Assembly (NCBI GenBank): GCA_028875125.1
Contig: JAPPGC010000016.1
Location: forward strand, 70,167 to 134,166
Direction: 5' to 3'
DNA: 64,000 bases
From: Bacteroidota bacterium
GTDB lineage: Bacteria > Bacteroidota > Rhodothermia > Rhodothermales > Bin80
Shown here: piece by piece, positions 51,178-61,371 of the stretch
How the letters are laid out: each line of letters opens with the position of its first letter
Position numbering within the stretch: the first letter of the stretch is position 1
The notes under the pieces: model-generated
The model's database searches: none
What the model saw: the letters and a program-made list of their open reading frames with translations, nothing else
What the model was told of the DNA's origin: nothing
Program-made: the position numbers and the translations under genes

Positions 51178-51552
51178 CTATACACATGTCCTCCGAAACC
51201 GTAGGTTCAAGAGGTGGCCTAGCAGGAGGACAACCGAGCCGAGGGCTGTTAGGCTTGTTTCGGCGGATTCGCCCAGCACGTCCTCGGTGAGGACGGCGGC
51301 GATGAGCAGGGCAAGACCACTCACTAGAAAGGCGGGCACGATGGCATGGCGGTGTTGTTTGTAACTGGGCCAAGCCACGAGTAGAACGACTCCCGCAAGG
51401 ATTATAGTTAAGCCAATGTGAATGGCTTCGGAGGCAACCCATGCCAGCGCACCCGTAGCGATGAACGGTACGGCGACGCAGTGCAGAAAGCACAGTGACG
51501 AAAAGATGATGCCCGTCGCGTCAAGTGGAGGACGGGTGGTACTGGTCGTCAT
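51178..51552 (-). CDS. MerC domain membrane protein
   Basis: LD..GI..S.LC.LHC..P motif, HRH, C-terminal GH..N; start taken at ATG 51552. Confidence 0.85.
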   Translation of the reverse strand: MTTSTTRPPLDATGIIFSSLCFLHCVAVPFIATGALAWVASEAIHIGLTIILAGVVLLVAWPSYKQHRHAIVPAFLVSGLALLIAAVLTEDVLGESAETSLTALGSVVLLLGHLLNLRFRRTCV

Positions 51553-51954
51553 GAAGATACATTGTTGAGGTTTGTGGCAATAGGTCGCGACGAAGGTGCC
51601 AACTTTGTAGGATTTACTCCTGATTCTTTTAGCATGTAGTGAGCAACCCCCGTAACCCAAGCAATTAAAATTGGAGGGGAAGTATACAAAAAAATGTTCA
51701 CACGCGAGTCAACGTAGTTACAGTAGACAATCCTGTCCTTGAGTGTTTGGTGTAATGCTCAGGCTCTTTCTCAATGTTAGAAAGCTGCATACAGAACTCA
51801 TCATTTGCAGCTTTTTTCGCGTCCTGCAAGTTTCGGTTGTGAGAATAGTTCGCTGTGCTTGAAGCTTACAATGAACACTTGGGGGCCGGGGCTCACCGAA
51901 CTGTGCAATTGATTTACAGATGAATCATTAAGTGGACATCGCTGGAGGACAATA

Positions 51955-53130
51955 TCATGGATGGGGTTGCTGCCTAGCCAATCTTTGCACAGCTGGATGA
52001 TCTGGATCAACGAGGACAGCCTTTTGCCAGGCTTCTCTTGCCAGTGCCGTACGGTTGGTCTTTACATAGATCTCTCCCAAGCTCAACCATGCGAGAACGT
52101 AGTTCGAGTCAGTAACCAAAATGTGCAGTAGTTCCTGCTCTGCCTCCTCGAGGCTACCCAGTGCCATTTTAGCATTCGCAATATGAAACTGCAGATTAAT
52201 ATTGTTCGGCCGGAGAGCACGCGCGATCAGGTATACTCTCAAAGCTTCCTCTGTACGGCCGGAGCGGCGAAGCGCGGTCGCATAGTCAACTTGCGCCTGA
52301 AAGTTAGTAGGTTGACGGTTCGCAGTGTTGGCCAGGCGACCTGCTGCTTGCTCAATAGCTCGCAAAGAGTCCGCTTTGGTAAGAATTCTGGAGGATTGAT
52401 CGGACTCCCCCAATTGCTGGAGTGCCTGTCCTAATACGTATTGAGGTTCTGCGGTCCGCGGATTCCTAATAACGATGTCTTGAAGAAGAGGCACAGCCTC
52501 TTCACTGCGACCAAGTCGCAAGAGAAGTCTTCCCTGTCGAACCTGATCTGCAAGGTGATTCGGCCGAATTCTCAGTGCCATTCTGGTATGAGCCAAGGAT
52601 TCGGTGTAGCTTCCCTGTTGCTCCAGCCAATCGGCCAGGCTGGTATGTGCAGGGGCATAAAGGGAGTCCAGAACAATTGCCTGCCTGAATGCAGCAACTG
52701 CACTGTCGGGCTCGCTTAGAACATTATATACCGCCCCCGCAGCATGCCATGACATCGCAGCAGCGCTGTCGTTGATGGCTTGAATAAATTGATCAAGAGC
52801 TTGGCGGTTTTGCCGCTGCCCATAGTAGACGTTGCCAAGATTGTGTCTGACGCCGGGGTAATCTCGTTCTATTTTGATAACAGCCAGGTATGCCGCCTCT
52901 GCGTTATCCCACTGCTGAAGTTCGAAGTAGATGCGTCCACGCATGAAATACGCATCCGCCGATTGGTTATCAAGTGTAAGTGCGCTGTCAGCCAGATTCA
53001 GGGCCTCGTGGTAATCCCGGAGCTCTAATGCTTCCTGCGACGCTTGTATGAGTTTCGCCACCCCCGGATTGCTCTCTCGAGGGCTGCAGGCCGACAGCAT
53101 CAGGATAATTATGAGTACGTGTATTCTCAT
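51955..53130 (-). CDS. TPR-repeat lipoprotein
   Basis: LSAC lipobox; many TPR units; ATGA overlap with the upstream gene. Confidence 0.88.
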   Translation of the reverse strand: MRIHVLIIILMLSACSPRESNPGVAKLIQASQEALELRDYHEALNLADSALTLDNQSADAYFMRGRIYFELQQWDNAEAAYLAVIKIERDYPGVRHNLGNVYYGQRQNRQALDQFIQAINDSAAAMSWHAAGAVYNVLSEPDSAVAAFRQAIVLDSLYAPAHTSLADWLEQQGSYTESLAHTRMALRIRPNHLADQVRQGRLLLRLGRSEEAVPLLQDIVIRNPRTAEPQYVLGQALQQLGESDQSSRILTKADSLRAIEQAAGRLANTANRQPTNFQAQVDYATALRRSGRTEEALRVYLIARALRPNNINLQFHIANAKMALGSLEEAEQELLHILVTDSNYVLAWLSLGEIYVKTNRTALAREAWQKAVLVDPDHPAVQRLARQQPHP

Positions 53131-54794
53131 TGACCCGATTCACGGAGGCGGAGGGTTTGATTTGCTGCAATATCGGTTTGCCGGGTTACCTGACCGCTGG
53201 GCCAACGTACGGTAACAGTGTCTGCATCTTGAAATAATCCCAGCCCAAACGTAGCTGTCTTTTCGGATTGGGAAGCATAGCTGTGTCCGGCACGCACGCG
53301 GCGGGATTGTTTCAGGGTTCCGGTCCAGACTTCGATCACAGCATCAATTGCCTGTCCATCCAGCTGTACACGTAACCAGTTATTTTCCGAGGGCAGATCA
53401 TTGCGGAATAGGTAGAGTGGCCCATTGTTTTCTGTAATGAGGAGGTCAAGGTCACCGTCGAGATCAATGTCCGCCGTAGCAGCTCCCCGTCCCACCATTG
53501 CGAGTGTCAGCCCGAGGTTGGGGGCCTCATCCGTGAATACGCCATAACCGTCATTTACGAAGAGTTGTGCGAGCTGCCTGTAATGCGAAATGTCGCTGAA
53601 TTCGCTGGCTTGCGGGTTAATGTGACCGTTGGCTGCCAATAGATCTAAATCCCCGTCAAGTTCAGCGTCGAACAAGACTAATCCAAATGTCAGCGCCGGT
53701 ATGCTTAGCGGACCAATACCACTCTTCGGGCCACGCTCTTCAAAAAAACCCGATGGTGTATATCTGTATACGCCATTCATTTGGTCCTGAAAATGACCTA
53801 TGAAAATTGTCGGCTCTCCGGTGGAGTCTACAACACCTACATCAATACCCATACCGGCGCGCGCCCGTCCACGCATATCCAGGGCCATTCCCCGGGCAAG
53901 CCCAATGTCTTCAAAGGTACCATCCTGAAGATTCACGAAAAGCTGATCGGGATCAGTGTCATTGGCCAAAACAATATCGGGCCAGCCGTCTCTGTTGATG
54001 TCCATCGTAACCGCTCCCAGAGTTTTCCCTGAGCCTGCGAGACCAGATTCTTCCGTTTGCTCGATGAATGTACCATCGCCCCGATTTAAATAGAAGCGCC
54101 CTGGCGTGCCCGGGTAGAGTTCTGGTGTGCAGTAACGTTTTTGTATACCGTCGCTAGTACAAACCAGATCGATATCAGGAGTCCAGTCGACGTACCCCGT
54201 GACATAAAGATCTAACCAGCCGTCAAGATTGGCATCCAGGAATAAAGCAGCTACATTCCACTCTGATGGAGCACCTAAGCCGTAAGCGTCTGTGACATCC
54301 TTAAACACACGGTTGTCATTAATGAGTAGCACATTGCGCCCAAGCGAAGTAAAGTAGAGGTCGTCATCACCATCCAGGTCAATATCCCCTGCGATGAGTC
54401 CCATACCATAACCCGAAACTGTTGCGAGGTTGGTTTCCGGGGTTACGTCTGTAAAACTTCCATTACCGTCACCCCGGTAAATCCAGATTCCAGTGCTTGA
54501 GTTGTTGGTCCATGATTGTCCTCCCACAACGGCAAGATCAATTAAGTCATCATTGTTGTAGTCGAAAAAGACGGCCCCGGCTCCAAAAGTTTCAGGCATA
54601 TACCAATTTCCCTCTGCACCATTGATGTGCCTGAAATCACCCAGCCCTGCTTCCTCCGTGATTTCGACAAATACCCATTTTTGTTTTGGGGAAGCACAAC
54701 CGGTATACAGAATAATTAGCAGTCCAAGAAGGCACGTCAATACATAGCAATTGGGGAGCCAGGGAGTAACATCCGGGCAAATCCGGCGTGGCAT
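53127..54794 (-). CDS. CRTAC1 family (FG-GAP + ASPIC/UnbV) lipoprotein
   Basis: DYNNDD, DIDLDGDDD, DANLDGWLD and DINRDGWPD repeats; SYASQS....FGLG..V.WPSG; YTGC lipobox. Start probably 54794 (ORF track 54905). Confidence 0.9.
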   Translation of the reverse strand: MPRRICPDVTPWLPNCYVLTCLLGLLIILYTGCASPKQKWVFVEITEEAGLGDFRHINGAEGNWYMPETFGAGAVFFDYNNDDLIDLAVVGGQSWTNNSSTGIWIYRGDGNGSFTDVTPETNLATVSGYGMGLIAGDIDLDGDDDLYFTSLGRNVLLINDNRVFKDVTDAYGLGAPSEWNVAALFLDANLDGWLDLYVTGYVDWTPDIDLVCTSDGIQKRYCTPELYPGTPGRFYLNRGDGTFIEQTEESGLAGSGKTLGAVTMDINRDGWPDIVLANDTDPDQLFVNLQDGTFEDIGLARGMALDMRGRARAGMGIDVGVVDSTGEPTIFIGHFQDQMNGVYRYTPSGFFEERGPKSGIGPLSIPALTFGLVLFDAELDGDLDLLAANGHINPQASEFSDISHYRQLAQLFVNDGYGVFTDEAPNLGLTLAMVGRGAATADIDLDGDLDLLITENNGPLYLFRNDLPSENNWLRVQLDGQAIDAVIEVWTGTLKQSRRVRAGHSYASQSEKTATFGLGLFQDADTVTVRWPSGQVTRQTDIAANQTLRLRESGQ

Positions 54795-54801
54795 CGTCAC
54801 A

Positions 54802-55812
54802 CTACTGCAGGTAAGGAATTCGCATTTCCAGAATCGAAGACTCTCGAGGGATGAGTTCCAACGGCATGACCGGGCAATGAAGCTCATCGGAAGGTACACC
54901 GGCAATCCGACGAATCAATATATCCATCGCTTTTGCAGCAAGCACGTCAATCGGGACGTTTACAGTGGTTAGGGAAGGCGTTGCAAAGTCAGCGCTCTTT
55001 GTTCCATCAAAACCGGTGACAGCTATCTCATGCGGTACATTGATCCCATTCTCAAGTGGGGCGCGCAAGGCGCCAAGGGCCCCCAAGTCGTTTGCTGCGA
55101 CGATGGCAGTCGGTCGTGGTTGCAGGCGCAGGATTTCCTGAGCGCAATCATATCCGCTCTCAAAAGAAAAATCACCTGGATATTCGAGAATTTCCAACTC
55201 GCTCGGAGCAGCTTCACGAAATCCTTCCCGTCTTTGCTGTGCATCGAAAGCGTCATCGGGGCCGCGGATAAAAGCAATGCGTGTATGTCCCAGATTGGCG
55301 ATATGTCGTGCTACGTCGGCCATACCTCCGTAGTTATCGAAATTAACGGTGTTTACTTTCTGGTCTCGTGATTCGGTGTTCAAAAAAACGAAAGGAAAGA
55401 CCGGGTTCACCACTGACAGTACTTGCTCAGCGGACAATTCGGGCACCATTATGACCATTCCGTCCACGCGCCGGTTCATGCTCTCGAAGACTGCGAGAAA
55501 ATCAGTTTCGAGTCGCCGAGAGGAGCTGACCATGAGCAGGTAGTCATGCTCTTTGGCAGTTGTATCCAAACCAGATAGGAGATCTGCAAAAAATTCACCC
55601 GTTATTGAGGGTAATATCACGCCTATCGTGCGGGAGGCCAGCCCTAACAGCCTTCTCGCCGCCGGATTTGGTGAGAACTTGAGTGCCTTGATGGCAGCGA
55701 TAACCCGCTCCCTCCTCTCAGGACCTACAGGAGCAGAATTATTGATTACGCGTGATACCGTGGAAATGGATACCTTGGCGTGATGTGCCACATCGTGAAC
55801 AGTTGGAATCAT
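54802..55812 (-). CDS. LacI family transcriptional regulator
   Basis: TVHDVA..AKVS.STVSRV.N HTH, PN.AAR hinge, AIVAAND..ALG, GFD and PSLTTV motifs. Confidence 0.96.
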   Translation of the reverse strand: MIPTVHDVAHHAKVSISTVSRVINNSAPVGPERRERVIAAIKALKFSPNPAARRLLGLASRTIGVILPSITGEFFADLLSGLDTTAKEHDYLLMVSSSRRLETDFLAVFESMNRRVDGMVIMVPELSAEQVLSVVNPVFPFVFLNTESRDQKVNTVNFDNYGGMADVARHIANLGHTRIAFIRGPDDAFDAQQRREGFREAAPSELEILEYPGDFSFESGYDCAQEILRLQPRPTAIVAANDLGALGALRAPLENGINVPHEIAVTGFDGTKSADFATPSLTTVNVPIDVLAAKAMDILIRRIAGVPSDELHCPVMPLELIPRESSILEMRIPYLQ

Positions 55813-55955
55813 ACGAATGTTTTGGGATCAGTACTGGATAAATTTCAGATGAACGACGGTGAAGTCTGTAATAATAATTGCGATGAGCTTGCGTTTTGAG
55901 ATTGCAATATCGTTTCAGCTGCGCCGAACGTAATTTATCACTTGTATAATAAAAG

Positions 55956-57659
55956 ATGCGAACGGTATTATTTAAAATAGCAGCTATAGCGTTACCTCTG
56001 GTGTTACTTGCAGCAACAGAGGGCATCGTTCGCATCTTCGAACACGAACCCTTTCTTATCCCGGTACCGGGAGAACCCGAATACCAGACGGTGAACCCTG
56101 CGTATGCAGGGCGCTATTTTCGTGGATTTATTCCTCAGCCGGCATATAACCCGTTTCTTCGGCAGAAGCCGGACGAGGTTTTTCGGATAATTGCGCTTGG
56201 CGGATCATCCACAGCGGGGTATCCTTATTCATTCAACTCTGGATTCCCAGAGAGGGTAGCGGCAGGGCTTCGGGCCATCTACCCAACCCGACAGGTAGAG
56301 GTCATCAATCTTGGCATGACTGCGCTGAGCAGCCATGTGGTACGAAACTTTGTGCCGCATGTATTGCGCATTCAACCTGATGCTGTTCTGATTTACGCGG
56401 GGCACAATGAATATTATGGAGCATATGGAGCGGGTGGTATGAACCGAAGCCGGGTGCTTACACGCACGCTTTTTTGGTTTAAGAGGAGCGTATTGTTCAG
56501 GAAGCTGGAGCGTTTGATTGCCCCACCTGTCCAGTCTAATCGCACCATGATGGCACAATCCACAACAGATGTAACCATTGCTTTTGGGGGGCCGGTATAT
56601 CAGGCTGGCGTGGAGAACTTCGAAACAAATATGTCTGCAATTCTTGAACGATTTGAGAAGGCAGGTATCCCAACCTACGTTGGAACACTGGTCTCAAACC
56701 TGCAATCCCAACCCCCGCTCGGAGTCGATTCTGTTGCCAATGTAGCATGGGTCAGCGGCCAAGAGCATTGGACATCGGGAGATACAGCCGCTGCTTTGGC
56801 ATCTTTTGTGTTGGCAAAAGAACATGACCCGATCAGGTTCAGAGCTCCTGAAGCAATGAACCAGATACTCATTCGTCTGTCAGAGCGTCATGCTGCTGTC
56901 CTCGTCGATCTAGAGCCACAATTCGGGCCAGATGTGCGCGATTCACTATTTACGGATCATATTCATCCCACTGCATTGGGATACGATCGAATGGCGCGTG
57001 TTTTTGTCAGTGCTTTGGTGGAGGATTCATCGCATATTTCCCCGGATTTGGGTGCTCCAGAGGCAGCACCACTTGATACCGGACATGCCAGGTTGTTGAT
57101 TGCAAGGCTACGTTTGGGCTTTCCGTTTACGATTGGGTTGTCAGAGGCAGAGGAATTAAGTCGATTCGGGAAAATTCTGCGGGTACATCGCGAATCAGGA
57201 CGATCGGCAGACTCGCTGGCTGCATTGGCAGTTGCGGGACAGCTCCCCATATACGAAGCATTGCTGAAAGCCAAGGACCATGATCTAGCGGCACGAGATA
57301 CAGTGCAGGCTCTGGCACATATGCGATCACTGTTGTACTGGCAACCGTTCAATGAGAGATTGCATATGGAAGCTGCCGAGCTTGCCTCATACCAATCGAG
57401 CAATCTGGCAGGAGAAGTGATGCAGCTGATCGTAGCAAGAGACCCATCCGAGAGCTACCTGAATACGCTAGCAGCTCTACGCATACGTCAGGGCGCTCTC
57501 GAGCGTGCTGGATCGCTCTTGCGATCAATTGAAACTGACAATCCTGAATCAGCCGTGATGCTTTTCAACATGGCGCGTTACCTTGTGCAGGTCGGAGATA
57601 CACTGAATGCGGAGGCTTATTTCCGCCGGTATCAACAAGTTGTAAGAAGAGATCCCTGA
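55956..57659 (+). CDS. SGNH/GDSL hydrolase-fold membrane-anchored protein with C-terminal TPR
   Basis: N-terminal TM helix, LGGSSTAGYPY block I, VINLG, YAGHNEYYG and FTDHIHP motifs. Confidence 0.85.
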   Translation: MRTVLFKIAAIALPLVLLAATEGIVRIFEHEPFLIPVPGEPEYQTVNPAYAGRYFRGFIPQPAYNPFLRQKPDEVFRIIALGGSSTAGYPYSFNSGFPERVAAGLRAIYPTRQVEVINLGMTALSSHVVRNFVPHVLRIQPDAVLIYAGHNEYYGAYGAGGMNRSRVLTRTLFWFKRSVLFRKLERLIAPPVQSNRTMMAQSTTDVTIAFGGPVYQAGVENFETNMSAILERFEKAGIPTYVGTLVSNLQSQPPLGVDSVANVAWVSGQEHWTSGDTAAALASFVLAKEHDPIRFRAPEAMNQILIRLSERHAAVLVDLEPQFGPDVRDSLFTDHIHPTALGYDRMARVFVSALVEDSSHISPDLGAPEAAPLDTGHARLLIARLRLGFPFTIGLSEAEELSRFGKILRVHRESGRSADSLAALAVAGQLPIYEALLKAKDHDLAARDTVQALAHMRSLLYWQPFNERLHMEAAELASYQSSNLAGEVMQLIVARDPSESYLNTLAALRIRQGALERAGSLLRSIETDNPESAVMLFNMARYLVQVGDTLNAEAYFRRYQQVVRRDP

Positions 57660-58434
57660 CGATAACTATCTCAGTCATGCGAACAGTTTTGCTGGTCCCG
57701 GAGTTGTAGCTTACATTTAGAGGGGCTTCTCAAGGAGCGGGCGTTTTGTGACCTGGAGCAGTGATTCAGGCCGTACTCCTCCAGAAAGACATTACGTTGC
57801 CCAGAGTCTGACGATCAAGAAAAGTAGCCTCAGGGCAAGGTTCACGCTCCTTCCCCGCCAAGGAGTGGCTTCGTCGGGAGGGGGAGTTGCGCGGCGTTTC
57901 TACATGAGTAACCAACAGTTACTCCCTTGAACAAAAAGTAACTTCACTTTGCATTCTGCCCACTAGAGACGCTCAGGTTTCGGAATGGTCATCCCTCCGC
58001 AACTGGGGCTTGCTGCCGGCAATACAGCACATCTCCCGGTGGAAAACACTACCTTCAGAGTTGGTAGCACTGATTCAACCCATCAGGTTGGTTACTAGAA
58101 GCATCATTTATGATAAAACCTGATTAATCATATTCAGATTTGTTGCAAAAATGTAAATTGAATTATTTCACATCCCTTATTTGTTTGACAATCTGTAGTA
58201 CCGGACATTGCCAAGCCAACGAGGATTGTCAACAGATTTCGTTGCTATTCCCCAACCTGGGGATACCCCTTTCTTGGGGAGGCTTATATACCAAAAAGTA
58301 AACGCCGGCCCAATTACACTGCCAGTTGCGGACATGCACGGTGTAGTTGGCTGCTCTGTAATGGGCGTTAGTGTTATCACGGCTCCATCTTGGGTCACGC
58401 TCCGTGCTACGACACCCGTGCTCTGCTGACCAGC

Positions 58435-59148
58435 TTACCACGGTTCAGAATAAAAGTCGTGCACCTCCACTTGCCCACTCCAGTGCCCTGGCATCTCCAC
58501 AACCAGCGTCACGTTATTGGACAGATGAACCATATGTTGTCTCAACAAGAGTGCAAGCCCGGAACACGCACCATCCGCATAATCCATTGCGGAATCCATC
58601 CCCTATCGCCCGCGACCCCGCGCATGTAGGTACGCATTGCAGGTGGAGTATAGTTTGGTGAACTCCGCCTGCGTCAGCCATCCGCCTCGTGGCAGCCTAT
58701 CTATTTCATAGTCACATGGCGGAATATGGTCTTCAGGGTCTGGGTCCACATGCGTGACAATTACAGGTATAGGATACCATTCAGGATTTACCCGCTCTAT
58801 TTCTTTAACTATCCGCCCCGCATTCCATTGCTTTCTGACAATCCGCTTCCGTAGGGTACCGAGGAACGCATCGTGAACCATCACCGACGCAAGCACCATC
58901 GATTCACAGATCATTCTCAGCATTAGGTAGCAGAGACTAACGTCCGCTAAGGAATCACCCGTCAAGGATTTGCCCGACTGCCACTCCCGGACGCACTGCC
59001 TCGCCAAAGCACCCATCCGCATCACATCCCGCATATGACGTTCGTAGCGGATTATTGACCACCGTGGATCAGGTTGGGGATCTCCATCCGGGCCGTCGAA
59101 GAAACTATTCACGGGGCTTATCGAAGTACGTCCGCTCAATTCGTGCAC
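58435..59148 (-). pseudogene. Hypothetical protein interrupted by one in-frame TAG (58605-58603)
   Basis: The ORF 59148-58603 continues in the same frame for 55 more sense codons (GMDSAMDYADGACSGLALLLRQHMVHLSNNVTLVVEMPGHWSGQVEVHDFYSEPW) to TAA at 58437-58435. Confidence 0.6.
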
Positions 59149-59169
59149 TAACTCAAACTCTAAAAAAGC

Positions 59170-60024
59170 TCAGGTGCTTTTCATGAATTGGAGCTTCTTG
59201 CGCAGTACCTGCTCAAACTCCCGGCGGCTTACTGGCTTGGCAGCCAGTAACTTCTCACAAGACGCCTCTAATGTGAGCACCTCCCAGTGCCTGCGAATAA
59301 GCTTGCCATCACGCAGTTCTGGAATAAGCCAGATTACGTCACCATCATCAAGGTCGTGACTTGGGTTCGCAGAAGGTCCTCCCATAGAATCAAAGAAAGG
59401 CATGTCTACGGCAACTGCAATCTTGGAATGCCATCGGCGCAGTGTGGGTCCCTTAACTTGTAACTGGGGCATCAGGCGCTTCGCACTTGACGACCTCCAA
59501 TCTGGACGGCGTTTGCCCAAGGGGTACGGCGGGCGATTTCTATCGGACTTTTGCAGAGCTATAAACTCCTTGCTCATCCTATCACCAGAGAAGTAGACCG
59601 CCTGAATTTCAAGACCAAACCATTTCAACTCATGCTGATCAGCAGCAAGTATTAAGTCTATCTTGCCGGCAGGTCTCTGAGTGACTACGCTCTGCATAAA
59701 TGGTACTTCCCGTGCAAGCTGAAGATCCTGCGGGCGAAATCCTACAATTTCCCCCAGCCACTGCACCAGCATAGTGTCCTGCTCAAAACGATTGGGACAG
59801 ACAATCACTGGCGGACCCTCGAAAGTAGAAATCTCTCCATTGTCCTCGATATAAGACCGCAAGGAACATACGCCGCCTCGCTTATTGCAGGTTATGGGTC
59901 GGAATGGGCAATGCGGAACACTGTCCTGTTCACCAAGGGCGATGGAGGCGAGGCGTTGGCGTTCTTTTGGGGTTAGCGTCAGAAAATCTTGGCCGTACCA
60001 CTCCGCAATTCCATAACGACTCAT
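59170..60024 (-). CDS. NotI-family restriction endonuclease-like protein
   Basis: EWYG, CPF..C.K.GGVCS..CPNRF four-Cys metal site, ID...EIQAVYFSG and RPDWRSS.AKRL.PQL..KG motifs. Confidence 0.85.
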   Translation of the reverse strand: MSRYGIAEWYGQDFLTLTPKERQRLASIALGEQDSVPHCPFRPITCNKRGGVCSLRSYIEDNGEISTFEGPPVIVCPNRFEQDTMLVQWLGEIVGFRPQDLQLAREVPFMQSVVTQRPAGKIDLILAADQHELKWFGLEIQAVYFSGDRMSKEFIALQKSDRNRPPYPLGKRRPDWRSSSAKRLMPQLQVKGPTLRRWHSKIAVAVDMPFFDSMGGPSANPSHDLDDGDVIWLIPELRDGKLIRRHWEVLTLEASCEKLLAAKPVSRREFEQVLRKKLQFMKST

Positions 60025-60974
60025 GTGAAGACTTTGCGTCGTGTGATGAGCAGTTCTGGAATCTTGAGATGGTGGCCACTTTTCATTTCAATGCTGGCTC
60101 CATGAAAATTATATTGAGCCACTAAATCCATGATCTCTGAGGAGCAATCATAGGTCATCAGGAAGTCCGACTCGCACCCCGCCAACGCCTCAAAGATACG
60201 TGCGTGATCAACATTGCTGTGGGTATAGAGCCTTGACCCCGCCCTCTTGCCTCCTGATGCAGTGTAAGGTGGATCAATGAAGAATCTCGCACCAGGTTCA
60301 CCACACTTTTCTTCCATGAATAGAACACCGTCTCCCTCAAAAAAGCGTATTCTTCCAGACCATTTAGCGATGTCTTCAATCCTGCGGACGAGAGTCTCAG
60401 GATACCATCTGGACTTCACCCCGGCACCGTTCTCGCCACTCCGAACAAGAGCTGCTCCTGCTGCAAGCACACCGCCCCGCCGCGTACGATTAAGGATCAG
60501 CGTACGGAAACCTCTATCAATAGTTGAATTCGGATCCTGACAGATAATTTGTTCAACGGATTCCCGTGTTGGGGAAAACGCTCGAATGCGCGCTACAAGC
60601 TCCGTTGGATTTTCCATTACCGCGCGCCAAAAAGCCGCCACATCCCGGTCTAACTCTACCATTGCCGCGCATGTTACCAATTCTTCCATCACTGCAGTCA
60701 GCGACACAATCGCTCCACCTGCAAATGGCTCAACCAAGAACCCACCTCGGGCGTCCAACCATCTTCGGATGTGGGGCACGAGCCACGTTTTCCCGCCAGG
60801 GTAACGCAATGGGCTTCGCTGTGGCACGGAAGCTACATTGGCCGCTGGAATGCTTGACTTTTGAAAGCGGGCGGGAGTCGGAAGGAGGCTATGGCTAGGA
60901 ATGACGTGCCTTCCAGAATCAGACGGATTCGCCTGCGGTATTACCCCTGCCACTTCGGTTGTAGCCACACTCAT
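60021..60974 (-). CDS. DNA adenine methyltransferase (Dam / D12-class, alpha group)
   Basis: SPLRYPGGK, EPFAGG SAM-binding motif and catalytic DPPY; stop overlaps the REase start. Start taken at ATG 60974 (ORF track 61187). Confidence 0.92.
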   Translation of the reverse strand: MSVATTEVAGVIPQANPSDSGRHVIPSHSLLPTPARFQKSSIPAANVASVPQRSPLRYPGGKTWLVPHIRRWLDARGGFLVEPFAGGAIVSLTAVMEELVTCAAMVELDRDVAAFWRAVMENPTELVARIRAFSPTRESVEQIICQDPNSTIDRGFRTLILNRTRRGGVLAAGAALVRSGENGAGVKSRWYPETLVRRIEDIAKWSGRIRFFEGDGVLFMEEKCGEPGARFFIDPPYTASGGKRAGSRLYTHSNVDHARIFEALAGCESDFLMTYDCSSEIMDLVAQYNFHGASIEMKSGHHLKIPELLITRRKVFT

Positions 60975-61371
60975 GCTGTCATCCTGAATTATTCTCAGCG
61001 GGTGCAGATGCGTACCCCAAGTTACGCAATTCCGGAGACTTAGTTTGTTCCGTTTATCTGCAAAAACCACTTTAACAGAAATGGCCACGATTTCGTTGAA
61101 ACGAATACGTGTCAGGGCTACGCAGGGTGATGGGCTTCTGCAGGACCATTCTGAGCGCCTACAGCGTACTACGATGCGATCAGACACAATCCATCGAAAA
61201 CTAGAGCATCCAAGAAGGGCCTTAGTGGCGGTTCAGGTATGACAACTCATGCCCCAATAGCAGTTTCTGCGACGCGACGCATCTCTACGTATTGTATGGC
61301 TTCACTACTCACTGGCCATCATAGTATATGGATGTGCTGGACAATCTGAGTTCCACACCTCCGCTATGAGA

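Noticed and set aside
51661-51674. Zur/Fur-type box (GCAATTAAAATTGG) upstream of the MerC-domain gene
   Set aside because: Short AT-rich palindrome with an imperfect fit; insufficient without comparative data.
58603-58605. Genome-wide TAG recoding or pyrrolysine
   Set aside because: TAG is a normal stop for conserved genes here (asnS, hipA, tmRNA tag) and no pyl genes are in the window.
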